Part shown: positions 28,401 through 36,259 of the stretch, piece after piece
Layout of the letters: the number at the start of each line of letters is the position of its first letter
Position numbering within the stretch: the stretch's first letter is position 1
Assembly (NCBI GenBank): GCA_023132155.1
Contig: JAGLYP010000008.1
Coordinates: 4,846-68,845, forward strand
Reading direction: 5' to 3'
Length of the DNA stretch: 64,000 bases
Origin: Candidatus Parcubacteria bacterium
Lineage (GTDB): Bacteria; Patescibacteriota; Patescibacteriia; Patescibacteriales; UBA12075
Notes under the pieces: model-generated
The model's input: the letters and a program-made list of their open reading frames with translations, nothing else
Databases searched by the model: none
What the model was told of the DNA's origin: nothing
Program-made: the position numbers and the translations under genes

Positions 28401-30702
28401 CAGTGTCTCCATTACACATATCGTTTCTAACCACAAGACCGTCATCTGTGCTCATCTCTGTTACAATGCCATTAGGCGATTCAATCGTCATATATAAATC
28501 CGCGTCGCAAATTGTACGCCCGTAATTATCCAAAACCGCCATCTGTAAATAAGCGCTTTCATCATCAACCGTATAAACAGACTTATTAGCATTAATCGCT
28601 AAAACGCCCCAGCTAAAATCCTGCTTAATCTCAATTATCTCTAACTCATCTCCGGAGCTATCTTCAATAATAAATTTTATTGAATATTTCCCTGGCCTTA
28701 ATTCGCGATTATACTCCGGCAATTTAATCGTAAACTCGCCATCTTCCTCAAAAATCATAGTCAAAGGCAAATCAATTTTTTCTCCAAAATTATTCAAAAG
28801 TTCCGCCCTGATATTTATATCCTGCCAAAAGCTTGCTAAGCCGAGAAATTCACTTAAAGACTCAAAAATATTTAATTTTTTCCGATTAAAACGAAACTTT
28901 AATTCGCCTGTTTCATTCACTTTAAAATCAATCTGCCCGGATAATAATTCCAAAGCATCCTGCCATTTTTGTCTTTTTTTAATTTTAATCATTTTTTCAC
29001 TCGGTTCAAATTCCGCCTCCACCCAAACGCTGTCTAAATAAGCGCTAAACTCCATCTGATTATTACTATAAGCTTCAAATTTTATATTCAACCTTTCAAC
29101 ATCTTCCCAAGATTCAAGAAAAGGAGCGTCATAATTAAAATACCCGCCGTTTAAAGAATTTGACAGACGCTTTCCATTGAGAGTATCAAGTTTCTGCCAT
29201 AATTTTTTCTCATCATCCGCGGACTCCGACAAGGAATACCAAATTATTATTTTAGCGGCGCTTGCTTCAGTCGTTCGCGCGTTGGCGCTTGCCAAAGAAA
29301 ACCACTTTTCTATTTTCTGAAGCCTGCTTAACTCTTCCTTGCTTCTTTCGTCTTTAATATTAGTAATCTCTTTTTTTACCTCCTCTTCAATAATCATCTC
29401 ATCTAAAACCTCATCGCTATCCTCAACATCATCTTTAATAACCTCGGTTTTATCTTCAATATCATCATTATCCATAATTTCATTTTCTATTTCATCAAAA
29501 TACTCATTATCCTCACCATCCTCTAACACCTCAACATCAAACAATTCGCCGCTATCTTTGGAATCTTCTTCAATAAAATTCTTTTCAATAGAATTCTCTT
29601 CAATCTCAACTTCCAAATCTTCAAAAACATCTCCGTCAATCCTTGATTCTTGATTCTTGATTCTTGATTCCATGTCAACATCAACATTCATCGCAAAAGA
29701 AAATTTAATCTTGGCCTTTTTAAATTCACCCAAATCGAAAAGGCTTGTTAATTTATCGTTAATTTTTTCTTTTGCGTGAGCAATTAAAATTGTAAAAGAA
29801 CTTTTCATTTTTTTAAACCAAGATATTTCCTGTTCTTCATTCATGTCTTCCTCCTCGGTAATAACTTCAACTATTACTTCCTCAACAGATTCTTCAAATA
29901 CTTCAATAAAAGCTTCCATATCATCATCACTTTCAGGCTCAACAATTTTTACTTCTTCCTGTTCTCGCGCGCCGCTTTCATCATCTTGAATATCTTCAAT
30001 TGATTCGCTGATTTCCTCTTCTTTCGCGCCGCCTTGAATCCCTTCAATTAGCTCTTCTGTTTTATTTTCCGTAAAATTCTCCATATCCCGAACTTCATTA
30101 TTCTCTTCTTCTTGAATATTTTCCAATCCACGCAATCCAACATCATTGCTCTCGTCCGAATTTATATCTTTTCCCAAAATATCACTTGCTGTATTTTCTA
30201 TAATTTCCACTTCAGTGATTATATCCGATATATATTGATCATTTTCTTCTAAATATTGATTAATTTTCTCAGTATCAACCAGCCTTAAATCATCTTCCAA
30301 AAATCTAAAACCGCTTAAAACCAAGCCGGCATTTCCACCGGAATAAAAAGCGGAATTTGTATCTGAAAATTCAATTAAACCGGCAGATGGCGATAAATCA
30401 ACATCGCCAACAAGTTTTTCAGTATTCCACCAACCACTTTGAAAACTCTCGTCAGGATTATCTATTTTAAAATTCGCGGGATAAAGCTTGATTACTTCGG
30501 GATTTCCGCCAATCGCCTTGATTGATGTGATAATAAAATCCAAAGGCAAAAAAACAAACAAAATTAATAAAATCGTTAAAATCCCGGAAACAAAACGCCA
30601 GCCGGAACTTTTATGCCTGTTCCGGCTGGTTATTTTGTTTTTAAAGCCAAAAAAAGAATTATTTTTCTTTCGGCTTATTTTTCTTTTTTGACAAGCAAAC
30701 AT
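25432..30702 (-). CDS. Large (1756 aa) surface protein, paralog of the N-terminal and FN3 parts of the 4353-aa protein; apparently lacks the C-terminal anchoring module
   Basis: N-terminal TM WRFVSGILTILLILFVFLPL, followed by a long E/D-rich low-complexity region. It shares blocks with the giant protein (DFSWGVLAINANKSVY, FDAPDESPEFYLLGP, RFLYIDQIRIRV) and has FN3-like modules. It ends ...HYRWRNDDGGE*, exactly where a new module begins in the paralog. Confidence 0.8.
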   Translation of the reverse strand: MFACQKRKISRKKNNSFFGFKNKITSRNRHKSSGWRFVSGILTILLILFVFLPLDFIITSIKAIGGNPEVIKLYPANFKIDNPDESFQSGWWNTEKLVGDVDLSPSAGLIEFSDTNSAFYSGGNAGLVLSGFRFLEDDLRLVDTEKINQYLEENDQYISDIITEVEIIENTASDILGKDINSDESNDVGLRGLENIQEEENNEVRDMENFTENKTEELIEGIQGGAKEEEISESIEDIQDDESGAREQEEVKIVEPESDDDMEAFIEVFEESVEEVIVEVITEEEDMNEEQEISWFKKMKSSFTILIAHAKEKINDKLTSLFDLGEFKKAKIKFSFAMNVDVDMESRIKNQESRIDGDVFEDLEVEIEENSIEKNFIEEDSKDSGELFDVEVLEDGEDNEYFDEIENEIMDNDDIEDKTEVIKDDVEDSDEVLDEMIIEEEVKKEITNIKDERSKEELSRLQKIEKWFSLASANARTTEASAAKIIIWYSLSESADDEKKLWQKLDTLNGKRLSNSLNGGYFNYDAPFLESWEDVERLNIKFEAYSNNQMEFSAYLDSVWVEAEFEPSEKMIKIKKRQKWQDALELLSGQIDFKVNETGELKFRFNRKKLNIFESLSEFLGLASFWQDINIRAELLNNFGEKIDLPLTMIFEEDGEFTIKLPEYNRELRPGKYSIKFIIEDSSGDELEIIEIKQDFSWGVLAINANKSVYTVDDESAYLQMAVLDNYGRTICDADLYMTIESPNGIVTEMSTDDGLVVRNDMCNGDTVISLPDYYAHYMLYSAGEYKINLSAATGNGFYSIQDRFEVREYAPFDIERAGPTRIYPKAEYDMVISVKANEDFSGDIVEYVPEGFEITNYKLQITNNKNKELELGNYDLEISNDTNKKNLKFKDVVLNQGDIFEFNYTFDAPDESPEFYLLGPAELIGFGTGTPFAEARSWQIASDAPVISTSTNGVNVNWTNPGNAWDNGTDTYASRDIPKKTSGGEPANYIQSSVNSATDLGGVINSVEIGIEAYVENTTVSAYLVAYFDGTTAGTIHSIAGATLGTASSDITNYVTITTEGPGSGNWTWDDIMNLDIRVYGGNSSNSANRFLYIDQIRIRVDYTANTPPNATFLSAKQRVDDSGIVDISIQVSDANNDDSRARLDYVLGADCDFNSPLDPTLDAAEANATSSILDVDIDNDWPYQVGTTTDLIRTTSANDVHFDWTSLSDISNADGTYCLRITANDFDNDDATPATTTVVIDNKAPTAPGVFSGASTTKSTAVLYFGATSTETHFDEYRVYYSTSTPVTENDYLHSSSTDENLTDIDFYGAATTTITDLLENTIYYFSLFAYDEYGHVSSSTPEDFTTNKTPLGVFSTSSPAAQRTDGSGIIDITIEVDDFNNDHSKAKIEYATGSDCIFSPAGDPALDETQSNINPTYGVPKIENDNEYQMGMGAEFWIQTPATNTIEFDWFGKTDLPIGDDTYCLRLTVNDGKDDQNISATATLTIDNVNPTAPGNLSEYDVGTSTIILNFGATTTETNFTYYKIYYKAGISGVSESDDPHVDDNLNDLHYDSAATTTIGGLISNTDYVINIWAYDDFGSKASATEVVIKTAATISNDSLTFVNPTASNWAVAGEDDEWTFRAVVSEENGWQTINNVVLRLANETDNATPFSDLEFTWNQTADVFTKTGADANSVVILSNTSTSTCADNTCTLDFNLIFNHNFFASGTNYSAELYSSNDGALTDFNTYVDFYQVKIVKVKQIHYRWRNDDGGE
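28111..28142. repeat. Heptanucleotide tandem repeat (ATTTGTA)x4.5 inside the 1756-aa gene
   Basis: atttgta atttgta atttgta atttgta attt, encoding EITNYKLQITNN. The unit length is not a multiple of 3. Confidence 0.85.
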
Positions 30703-30753
30703 GGGGATTATTGCTTTTCTTTAATATACCAAATTTGAGGCGAAGAAGAAGTC

Positions 30754-31294
30754 TTATAAATTATCATTCGCATGTCCCGCATTCGCAATTGGCGGGTTCG
30801 CAAAACGAATAACTTTAAAAAGACAAATTTTGTTCTATATTATTTAAATTTTGTAAATTTTTATTAGTATCAATATTTTTATCTAAAATTATATAAATTA
30901 TATAAAAACTCAATAAAGAAAAACTGATAACTATCACAAATAATAACGGCAGGGAATATTTAAAAGTCTTAAAAAATAACTTTATAATACCCATTTCCAT
31001 CACAAGCATCCGCCAACGATTTGCCAATTTTTCTCCAACACTTAGTTTGGCATCAGCTTTACCTTTATTTTTATAAGCCATAACCGCGTCCGCCGTAGTC
31101 ATCCAAGCAACAGTACAGCAAACCTGTTTTCCGGGAATTTTTCCGGTCCGAATTAACTGTCCAATATAATCAGCGGAATAATCGGAAATTTTAGCCGCGT
31201 CTTTTAAAGAAATTAAAGCTTTCTCGTTCATTTATGTTATTGCCTTCGGCAACCCGCCTCTGCGAATACGGGACATGCGAATGATAATTTATAA
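30754..31294. repeat. 541-bp segment bracketed by ~45-bp imperfect inverted repeats (26 bp perfect) that enclose the HTH gene; candidate invertible or mobile cassette
   Basis: The left arm ttataaattatcattcgcatgtcccgcattcgca..gcgggtt starts at 30754. The right arm aacccgc..tgcgaatacgggacatgcgaatgataatttataa ends at 31294. The outer 26 nt are exact reverse complements. Confidence 0.85.
30815..31231 (-). CDS. HTH (MerR/excisionase-like) protein with C-terminal transmembrane helix
   Basis: 138 aa. The N-terminus LISLKDAAKISDYSADYIGQLIRTGKIPGKQV is HTH-like. The C-terminal segment LPLLFVIVISFSLLSFYIIYIIL is a TM helix. Confidence 0.55.
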   Translation of the reverse strand: MNEKALISLKDAAKISDYSADYIGQLIRTGKIPGKQVCCTVAWMTTADAVMAYKNKGKADAKLSVGEKLANRWRMLVMEMGIIKLFFKTFKYSLPLLFVIVISFSLLSFYIIYIILDKNIDTNKNLQNLNNIEQNLSF

Positions 31295-31569
31295 TTTAGT
31301 TAATTTTAGCATTTCTCGACCCTCGAGATTGATATTTTCTGTCAAAATCTCGAGTAGCGAGATTTTTCTTTCTTGGCTATATTGTACCATTTTTAATGGT
31401 TAAGTTGCAAGGGCCTTAATTGATTTTATTAATTATTTTTGTTTTATTTTATTCTGCTAATATTAGTTATTTAAAATTTTGCAATATTTTATTATTATTT
31501 TTATTATTCTTAATTATTAATTTTTAATTATTAATTAAAAAATTGTGTGGATATCTTTTTGGGTAAAAT

Positions 31570-31690
31570 AGAAACTAAGTACCTGCGATTTTTTTATTTA
31601 ATATCCAAATAAATTTTAAATACAGCAATTAAATTGTTATATAAAATTAAACATTGTATAGCAACAAAAAATCGTAGATACTTAGTTTCT
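31570..31690. repeat. 121-bp element with 24-25-bp terminal inverted repeats related to the 8638..8723 palindrome
   Basis: The ends are agaaactaagtacctgcgattttt (31570-31593) and aaaaatcgtagatacttagtttct (31666-31690). These are the same termini as the 86-bp palindrome, but the AT-rich interior is not palindromic. Confidence 0.85.
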
Positions 31691-31970
31691 TCACATTTCT
31701 TGAATTTTAACTAAAATAATTGCTTTTATTGGACATTTTTGGTAATATTTAAATATACAAAATGTTTGGTTTAAATATTGACAATTTCCATTCATAAAAC
31801 ATTCTGATTGGAAATTTATATAATGATTTTAACTAATTTTAAATAAAATAATGGCAGGTTTGTATATTACTTGTTAGCTGAAATATTTCTTTTCTTTTCT
31901 GGGCTATTGCCCAATTGTTTTAAAAAATTTTCAAATTATTTCTTTATTTCTGGAAAAAATAAAAACTTTC

Positions 31971-32714
31971 ATGACAAAAAAATTCTCGAATCAATACTGC
32001 ATATATTGTTTAAAATATTTTGACGACCTCACTAAAGACCATATTTTTCCAGAATCATGGTATCCAAATTCAACTCCAAATAATAAAGAAAAATGGGTAG
32101 CTCCGGCATGCTTTGATTGTAATAATAAACTAGGAAAAATTGAAGAAGAAACTTATAAAAAACTTGCTATTAGTGTAACGAAGAATGATATTGCCGCCTC
32201 GGGAGTATCGGAAAAAGCTTCCCGTTTGTATAATCCAAATACAGCCAAAGATAAAAAAAGCAAAACACGCAAGATATCAAATATTAAAAAAATTATTCCT
32301 GACGTATATCCAGCCGATAAAATCCCGATAAATGCATTTATGAAAAATTGCGGTCTGAAAGAAAATGAACTTAATCAAAAACTTGCTGTTAATATTTCCT
32401 TCGAATTATTAGACTCATTTGCAGAAAAAATAATACGAGGATTAGAATTTAAGTTTAGAGACAAATTAATAAATCAAGAACACAGAAAAATTGATATTAT
32501 TCATCCACCAATTGGAATAGATCAAATTGCTCCTAATGAAATCAAAGAATTAAACAATATATTAAATCAGGATGGAGCTAAAGCTGATTGCGGTCCTGGA
32601 TTTAAAATTCGATATGTAGTTGATATATATAACACTAGTTTATACCACATTATTATTTGGGGTAAAATAGAAATTTGGGGAAACGTTTATAATACAAGTC
32701 TAAGAACAAAATAA
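31971..32714 (+). CDS. HNH-endonuclease-like protein (cassette 1)
   Basis: 247 aa. CIYCLKYFDDLTKDHIFPESWYP...APACFDCNNKLGKIEE matches an HNH/Cys-pair signature. Confidence 0.55.
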   Translation: MTKKFSNQYCIYCLKYFDDLTKDHIFPESWYPNSTPNNKEKWVAPACFDCNNKLGKIEEETYKKLAISVTKNDIAASGVSEKASRLYNPNTAKDKKSKTRKISNIKKIIPDVYPADKIPINAFMKNCGLKENELNQKLAVNISFELLDSFAEKIIRGLEFKFRDKLINQEHRKIDIIHPPIGIDQIAPNEIKELNNILNQDGAKADCGPGFKIRYVVDIYNTSLYHIIIWGKIEIWGNVYNTSLRTK

Positions 32715-32780
32715 AGAAATAATTTGAAAATTTTTTAAAACAAATTTTCTTATCAGAAAACAAAAGAAAAGAAATACATC

Positions 32781-32881
32781 AGCTAACAACGCGATATCCG
32801 GTTACGGCTCTTCCGAGAGCCTACACCCAAATTTTCTTCCGCTTCGCTCCAAAAAACTTCGGATATCGGTAAACGTTAGCT
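32781..32881 (+). repeat. attC-like element 1 (101 bp)
   Basis: AGCTAAC-aacgc-GATATCCG...ggctcttccgagagcc...CGGATATC-ggtaaac-GTTAGCT. The outer and inner boxes are complementary, the spacers are unequal (5 vs 7 nt), and there is an internal hairpin. Confidence 0.65.
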
Positions 32882-32910
32882 AAAATAAATTTTTATCTTA
32901 TTGTTTTTAT

Positions 32911-33336
32911 ATGAGTTGGAACAAAATAATCAGTAATAAATCAATGGAAATCGTCTTTAATTTTGAAAAATCGAATGGCAGATTTCCAGAGGAGGTTCAT
33001 ACAACCGGTGTGGGTTATGATATTCTTTCTAAAAACCAAGGCGAAGAAAGACATATAGAAGTAAAGGCAACAAGTGAGCTATGGTCCACTTACACATGGC
33101 TTCCTCTTTATAAAAACGAAGTCCAAGCACTAAAAAATTTTCCGGATAAATTTTATTTATATATCGTAAAATTTGACCTAGATAGAAATAATAGAAATGA
33201 AGATTCATTGAACTCAGCGGATTATGAACTTTTTATTATTAACGGTCAAAATTTATTAAATAAATTTAAAATTACCCAGGAAACTTATAGCTTGTCTCCT
33301 ATTAGCAGAAAAAAACTTACTGATTACAAACAATAA
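32911..33336 (+). CDS. PD-(D/E)xK nuclease-fold protein, DUF3883-like (cassette 2)
   Basis: 141 aa. The GVGYDILSKNQGEERHIEVKATS pattern (D...E-x-K) resembles the restriction-endonuclease-like DUF3883 core. Confidence 0.45.
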   Translation: MSWNKIISNKSMEIVFNFEKSNGRFPEEVHTTGVGYDILSKNQGEERHIEVKATSELWSTYTWLPLYKNEVQALKNFPDKFYLYIVKFDLDRNNRNEDSLNSADYELFIINGQNLLNKFKITQETYSLSPISRKKLTDYKQ

Positions 33337-33352
33337 GATAAAAATTGACATC

Positions 33353-33727
33353 AGCTAACACGGCGTATCCGACTACGCTTTAAAAAATTTAGTTAATTTT
33401 ATTTATTAATAAACAATCGTATGGAGGACTCAACACAAAATCTAAGTAAAAAAGAGAAAACTAAATACAACATAGGGCAAATTATAAAAATGATCGCCGG
33501 AGTATTTCTAATTTTATTTACATTAGCAAATAACGGTTTAGTTTCCTCTTTTAGTGCAGAGGCAATCGGGTATAATTTCTGGACTTTATTATTAATTGCT
33601 TTTGGAATATGGTTAATTTATAGCGGAATTAAAAAGTGGAAAAAGTAAAATTAACCAAATTTTTAGCTCCGTCCTAATTTTTGCTTCCGTTGGTCGCAAA
33701 AACTACAGATACTCCGATACGTTGTAC
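33353..33727 (+). repeat. attC-like element 2, split: left half (33353-33380) and right half (33655-33727) separated by a 75-codon ORF
   Basis: The left half AGCTAACacgGCGTATCCGactacgc matches the left halves of the other elements. The right half ccaaattttt..cttccgttggtcgcaaaaactacagatactCCGATACGTTGTAC matches their right halves. Confidence 0.5.
33421..33648 (+). CDS. Small two-TM membrane protein (cassette 3, nested in attC-like element 2)
   Basis: 75 aa with hydrophobic segments IIKMIAGVFLILFTLA and FWTLLLIAFGIWLIYSGI. It is bracketed by the IR aaaaatttagttaatttta (33383-33401) / taaaattaaccaaattttt (33646-33664). Confidence 0.45.
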   Translation: MEDSTQNLSKKEKTKYNIGQIIKMIAGVFLILFTLANNGLVSSFSAEAIGYNFWTLLLIAFGIWLIYSGIKKWKK

Positions 33728-33822
33728 GAAATAATTTTTTTATCTTAGTGGAGGTTTCAATACTTAGTGATTTTAACACGGCGAAAATTTGATTTTTTTA
33801 TTTATTTAAAAAGGGAAATAAG

Positions 33823-34290
33823 GTGTTTTCTCCGCTGTCGCTGCGAAAACGATTTATTAGTAATTTTATGGACAAATCAGAGAATAAAATAAATAAGACA
33901 ATTCAAATTATTTTTCTAATATTTTTCTTTGTTATTATTTGTTTTGGTGTTCAAAAAGCATATTCATCGGGGATAATATATTATTTAATTCTATTTGCTG
34001 TGTTAACATTAATTCCTGTAATTATAAAAGACTCTGATATTTTAAAATGCAGAATATCGCTTAGTAAATATATAAATTTTTTCATGGAAAAAAGAGAAAA
34101 CATGAAAAAAATAATAAAATCAAATAGATCCGATGATGATAAAATTAAAGAGGGTCAAAAATTGATCGATGAAGCCTTTAAATTAGGATATGAAGTAGGT
34201 GGAGGAAGGATTGTAAACAATATTCAGAATGTTAAATTTACGAAAAATAAAGATGGCGAAACCACAGATGTACAATTTGATGAAAATTAA
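33823..34290 (+). CDS. Membrane protein, unknown function (cassette 4, first ORF)
   Basis: 155 aa with a GTG start (an alternative ATG lies at 33868). Two hydrophobic helices (IQIIFLIFFFVIICFGV, YYLILFAVLTLIPVII) are followed by a charged C-terminal half. Confidence 0.4.
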   Translation: MFSPLSLRKRFISNFMDKSENKINKTIQIIFLIFFFVIICFGVQKAYSSGIIYYLILFAVLTLIPVIIKDSDILKCRISLSKYINFFMEKRENMKKIIKSNRSDDDKIKEGQKLIDEAFKLGYEVGGGRIVNNIQNVKFTKNKDGETTDVQFDEN

Positions 34291-34354
34291 TATTCTTTAC
34301 TCAACAATTTTTTGAAAATTTGATTTTACAATAAAAAAATAATTAACAAAATTT

Positions 34355-35194
34355 ATGAAAAGACAATTTAAAATTTTTTTAATTATGGCGATTTTTGCTG
34401 TTATTATTATATTCTTTGCATATCAAATGACCCAAAAACAATCCTCAAAATATTCAAACGAAAAAAATTATTCTGATCAGATAAATAAAGGAAGAGATTT
34501 GCCTTTACAATATTCCGACCCTCCGCCGTTAAATACGAAAAAACAATTTATACCAATCGCCCAAGATATTATCGGTACTTGGTACATTGTATCATCAAAT
34601 CCAAAATATAAAAATAAAATTATCACTGATTACACTAAATTTACATTTTACTTAAACGGCAAATTAGACAGAAATCAATTTACATCTGATAAATACAAAA
34701 TAGATGCAGGGAAATACGCATTTTTAGAAGATGATAAAACCTTTCCTATTACATTTGGTACTGATGATATAAAAAAATCTAATCTCTTTTGGAAACTTGA
34801 TGAGGAAGGATTGGCACAGTCATATTACAAAAGTAAGAAAGATTCGGTATATATTAAAGAAGGATCAAAAGAATGGGATAAACGAGAAAAAATTACTATC
34901 ACAACAGAGCTACCTATATCTTTTATTAATCCTAATGATTTGCAGATTGGGAAAACATATGAATTATCTAAAAAAACACCACTTATGCCGGAGGTAAATC
35001 CAGTTGATTCTATTGCAGCCCTTGGCGATATGAGAGAACTTAGTGCTGGTAGTGCAATTAAAATTATTTCCATCGCTCAAAAAAATAACACCCCATGGTA
35101 TAATGTTGGCTTTATTAATTATTCAACTGGGAATCTTGATTATGGCTGGATAAATAGCATTGCTTTATATGGGCAGTCTTTAAAAGAAAAATAA
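34355..35194 (+). CDS. Secreted/anchored protein with possible C-terminal SH3b-like domain (cassette 4, second ORF)
   Basis: 279 aa with N-terminal TM FKIFLIMAIFAVIIIFFAY. The C-terminus AGSAIKIISIAQKNNTPWYNVGFINYSTGNLDYGWINSIAL resembles bacterial SH3 domains. Confidence 0.45.
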   Translation: MKRQFKIFLIMAIFAVIIIFFAYQMTQKQSSKYSNEKNYSDQINKGRDLPLQYSDPPPLNTKKQFIPIAQDIIGTWYIVSSNPKYKNKIITDYTKFTFYLNGKLDRNQFTSDKYKIDAGKYAFLEDDKTFPITFGTDDIKKSNLFWKLDEEGLAQSYYKSKKDSVYIKEGSKEWDKREKITITTELPISFINPNDLQIGKTYELSKKTPLMPEVNPVDSIAALGDMRELSAGSAIKIISIAQKNNTPWYNVGFINYSTGNLDYGWINSIALYGQSLKEK

Positions 35195-35339
35195 CCATTT
35201 ATTAAAATAATAAGGAGTTTTGGGCAAAGAGCATTCACCCCTTTAATTCCCCTCTTCCCTTTGCCCCAAAACGAAAAACAAAATTAAATTCTTTTTAAAA
35301 GTGATTTGCATTCGCAAATCAAAGAAAAATATATACATC

Positions 35340-35439
35340 AGCTAACAGCGTATATCGGGTTACGGCTCTTCCGAGAGCCTCCACCCAAATTTGTCTCCGC
35401 TACGCTACGACAAACTTCCGATATACGCATATGTTGTAT
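35340..35439 (+). repeat. attC-like element 3 (100 bp)
   Basis: AGCTAAC-agc-GTATATCGG-gttacggctcttccgagagcc...CCGATATAC-gcatat-GTTGTAT. Its central part is nearly identical to element 1, while the inner boxes differ yet stay complementary. Confidence 0.65.
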
Positions 35440-35460
35440 GCAATTTGATAAAAAAATTTT

Positions 35461-35820
35461 ATGACAATAGAAAAAATAAACCATAATGTTGAAAAACCTG
35501 AAAATACAAAAGAGCGTTTATTAAACGATTTCAAAATGTTTAGAAATGATTTCCTGGAGGGGTTTCCGGATGAAATACTTTTGCCTGATATGCCCAATTA
35601 TCACAGATATAAATGTCGTACTAATTTTTTCAACAATATCTCGATTCGCATTTTACGCATACAACACGAAGGTATTAAATTAAGCAATGAAGGTAAAATA
35701 AAATGTGATAAATTTATGGATTATTGTACGACATTAAAGGGTAAAACAGAACGCTACCAACAAGAAGACATTGATAAGGCCAATGAAATACTTGATGTTT
35801 TAATAAACGAATTGTCATAA
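35461..35820 (+). CDS. Hypothetical protein (cassette 5)
   Basis: 119 aa with no motif I recognise. The start and stop codons lie inside a 22-bp perfect IR (tttgataaaaaaattttatgac / gtcataaaatttttttatcaaa). Confidence 0.45.
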   Translation: MTIEKINHNVEKPENTKERLLNDFKMFRNDFLEGFPDEILLPDMPNYHRYKCRTNFFNNISIRILRIQHEGIKLSNEGKIKCDKFMDYCTTLKGKTERYQQEDIDKANEILDVLINELS

Positions 35821-35863
35821 AATTTTTTTATCAAACTCTGCGCCATCACTTGCCCTTCGGGGC

Positions 35864-36014
35864 ACACAACACGGTATATCTGGTTACAGAAAATTTCATT
35901 ATTAATTTAATAATGTACAAAATTTTCTTCCACCCAAATTTTTGCTTCTCTTTTCTTTATTAATTATAATAATGAAGAGAACCAAAAACTTCAGATGACA
36001 CCGAAACGTTATGT
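35864..36014 (+). repeat. attC-like element 4 (151 bp)
   Basis: ACACAAC-acg-GTATATCTG...CAGATGACAC-cgaaac-GTTATGT. The ACACAAC box is complementary to the GTTGTAT/GTTGTGT that opens this cassette at 35433. Confidence 0.6.
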
Positions 36015-36040
36015 GCTGTAGCGAATTCCTGAGCTATTGC

Positions 36041-36193
36041 ACATAACAACGCGATAAGCGGTTCAGGAATTTTCTTAAAATAATATATAATAATGAGAAA
36101 AAATTCCTTCTCCCAAATTTTTGCCTCTCTTTTCTTTATAATATATAATAAGGAAGAGAAACAAAAACTTCGCTTCATCGGTAAACGTTAGCT
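36041..36193 (+). repeat. attC-like element 5 (153 bp)
   Basis: ACATAAC-aac-GCGATAAGCG...CGCTTCATCG-gtaaac-GTTAGCT. It is preceded by a 40-bp ORF-less unit, GTTATGTGC..GCACATAAC (36008-36047). Confidence 0.6.
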
Positions 36194-36259
36194 GAAATAA
36201 CTAAAAACAAACTCTTTATTTATATTTTTTTTTCAAACCCCTTTTTAATTTTTTAATAC

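Noticed and set aside
31296-31970. Search for an integron integrase, attI and Pc promoter upstream of the first cassette.
   Set aside because: There is no ORF at all here, only AT-rich sequence, small hairpins, the 121-bp TIR element and an isolated TATAAT (31819-31824) without a properly spaced -35. The array is therefore reported as integrase-less within this window.
35960-36178. 72-aa minus-strand ORF.
   Set aside because: It spans two attC-like elements and the ORF-less mini-unit. Its sequence merely translates the repeats (duplicated KKREAKIWEKEFF-like strings).
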